A stretch of DNA of 10,695 nt. Origin: Octopus sinensis. Lineage: Eukaryota. Both the position numbers and the translations under genes were made by a program. Under the pieces are notes generated by a model. The model made no database searches and was not told the origin of the DNA. It saw only the letters and a list, made by a program, of their open reading frames with translations. Positions 8,986 to 10,695 of this stretch are shown in pieces; position 1 is the stretch's first letter; each line of letters opens with the position of its first letter. The DNA is taken from positions 1-10,695 of the forward strand of contig NW_021827342.1 of NCBI RefSeq assembly GCF_006345805.1, in the 5' to 3' direction.

Positions 8986-9264
8986 GTGTGTGTGTGTGTA
9001 TTTTTTCGGCCGCCATTTTTAATTCTATTACACCATCTTTTTCCCCCCCCCCCCTTGTCCCAGATTTTTCCAGCATATAAAAAGAACAACAAAAAAAAGC
9101 GCTCGGCTTGTTTCTACCATTTGCCCGGCTGCAGCTGCGCCTTGCTGTTCAGGGCTGAAGGAATGCAAAGCACATTCAGAACTGCAGCACCGTACACACA
9201 CACACACACCACACACACACACAAGCCAGAACCACGTTCCTTTACCCAATTCCTGATAAAACAA

Positions 9265-9316
9265 TCTCTTTCTCTTTCTTCCCCCTCTCACTCCTTCTCC
9301 TCCCTCCTTCTGTCTG

Positions 9317-9359
<43 letters not shown>

Positions 9360-9560
9360 TTTTCTCTCCCAGATGCAGGTGCCGTCTCTTAACGGATTTA
9401 TACATCAACAGAGAAATCTTATCAATCGAGTTTTCTTTTCTGTACTTCTTTTCTTCTTCCTTTCTTTCTCTCTCTCTCTCTCTCTCGCTCTGTCTCTCTC
9501 TTATTTTTTGTCAATGTTGTTGGAGTTTTATTTATCTTTTGTTTTTTTCTTCTTCTTCTT
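9265..9560 (+). repeat. (CT)n / polypyrimidine tract
   Basis: Two (TC)n runs and T/C-rich sequence ending at TTCTTCTTGAG (9563). Confidence 0.85.
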
Positions 9561-9563
9561 GAG

Positions 9564-9647
9564 ACTATCATGTTTTACTTGTAAACACGAAACATACAAA
9601 CTACTTATTAAACACATTAAACTACTTAAAACGAATCAAGGCGTCAG
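9564..9647 (+). CDS. Candidate 84-nt phase 1-1 exon C ((N)YHVLLVNTKHTNYLLNTLNYLKRIKAS), product unknown
   Basis: Very long pyrimidine tract, but an atypical GAG acceptor (9561-9563). Donor CAG|GTACAT at 9648. Open in the frame inherited from exon B. An alternative is 9648-9763 (TLERKKKKENEGTHVKKSMSSCEEYTQKGRRGSIMGAR, donor GTAATT), which has a poor acceptor. Confidence 0.3.
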
Positions 9648-10198
9648 GTACATTGGAGAGGAAGAAGAAAAAGGAGAATGAGGGAACGCACGTGAAGAAG
9701 TCAATGTCCTCTTGTGAAGAATATACGCAGAAGGGCCGTCGAGGCAGTATTATGGGCGCCCGGGTAATTCAATGCGCCGGGCCCTAGCATTTATCCATTG
9801 CCAGCAATCCGTAGTATAGAATTGGCCCCTAGACATGCGGGACTCCTGGGGAAGAGCCCAGTGTGGCCGGGTCATAAACCAACGTTTCAAAGTACCTAAG
9901 TCAGTTGGAATCGTTACAACTAGGAATTGAAACCATGATGTGAATTTAGCTGGTTTCTTGTGCCAGCTGCCCCTAATCATTTTTGTACCATGGGCCAGTT
10001 TTATGCTAGATTATATTTTGCATGAACCGGGTCATCACTCGCATAACAGCACATAATATATAATTTAACTCTTACGTAAATAATACATATACTCGTATAT
10101 TATTTGTATAATAAATATATATATAATGCAAAAACATGTTGCAGACTGCGATATTCAGTAAAACAGAAATAAAATCTTAAAATTTATTCTTTATGTGT

Positions 10199-10541
10199 GG
10201 CCCGATTCTGGTCCGCGACCCGATAGTGATCTGTGACCCGATAGTGGTCCGTGACCCGATTCTGGTCCGCTATCCGGTACTGGTTCGCGACCCGATAGTG
10301 ATCTGCGACCTGATAGCGGTCCGCGACCCGATTTTGGTCCGCTATCCGGTACTGGTTCGCGACCCGATAGTGGTCTGCGACCTGATAGTGGTTCGCTATC
10401 CAGTACTGGTACGCGACCCGATAGTGGTCTGCGACCTGATAGCGGCCCACGACCCGATTCTGGTCCGCTATACGGTACTGGTCTGTGACCCGATAGTGGT
10501 TCGCGGACCCGATACTTGTTCGCTATACGGTACTGGTCTGC
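10199..10541. repeat. 18-bp CpG-rich minisatellite (~19 units, consensus GACCCGATAGTGGTCCGC) with a 72-bp higher-order repeat
   Basis: Units were parsed in register from 10199. Four variant types recur in A-B-C-D order, with a single 1-nt insertion at 10505. Confidence 0.92.
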
Positions 10542-10695
10542 AGCTCGCTAGTTGGGGATTTCCGTCTTATATAAAAACGGTAAGCTAGTTTCCGTCAATG
10601 CAACTGGCTGCTTTTACATTACAACAATGCAACAGTCCCCGCATCTCCATATTCGAGTTGCTTGCTTTCTTACACCACAACAAAGAAGTACACAT

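Noticed and set aside
190-9408. Most ORFs in the six-frame track (YIYI, CVCV, HTHT, poly-L/F/T/V, ERER)
   Set aside because: They are translations of stop-free microsatellites and show no coding complexity.
9750-9980. Minus ORF with WQWINARARRI resembling TALE homeodomain helix 3 (WFINARRR)
   Set aside because: The invariant WF is missing, the spacing is off, and there are no helix 1/2 residues upstream; likely a chance match.
10199-10541. CRISPR array or reflectin-like repeat protein
   Set aside because: The units are contiguous with no unique spacers and the context is eukaryotic. The peptides lack the reflectin M/FD(X)5MD motif, and the + frame shifts at 10505.

Overview
Eukaryotic, microsatellite-saturated and largely intronic DNA. 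The repeat families resemble octopus (coleoid cephalopod) SINEs as I recall them; this taxon call is from memory, not a search. Nearly all ORFs in the track are simple-repeat artefacts. Supportable content: (1) up to three small + strand candidate exons (1524-1596, 3934-4070, 9564-9647) whose phases join into one open frame of unknown identity; (2) a tRNA/CORE-type SINE split by a (GATA)n expansion, whose 3' remnant ends exactly at the AG of the best exon; (3) a pogo/Tc1-like MITE with TA duplications; (4) a 190-bp TTAA-associated fold-back element; (5) a Penelope-like fragment carrying a minimal type I hammerhead ribozyme motif; (6) two SINEs fused head-to-head into a ~540-nt inverted repeat; (7) an 18-bp CpG-rich minisatellite with 72-bp higher-order structure. 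The most notable signals are RNA-level: an AG|GTATGT junction that could be a recursive splice site and appears SINE-derived, the intronic hammerhead, and several long dsRNA-forming elements in a probable ADAR-rich lineage.
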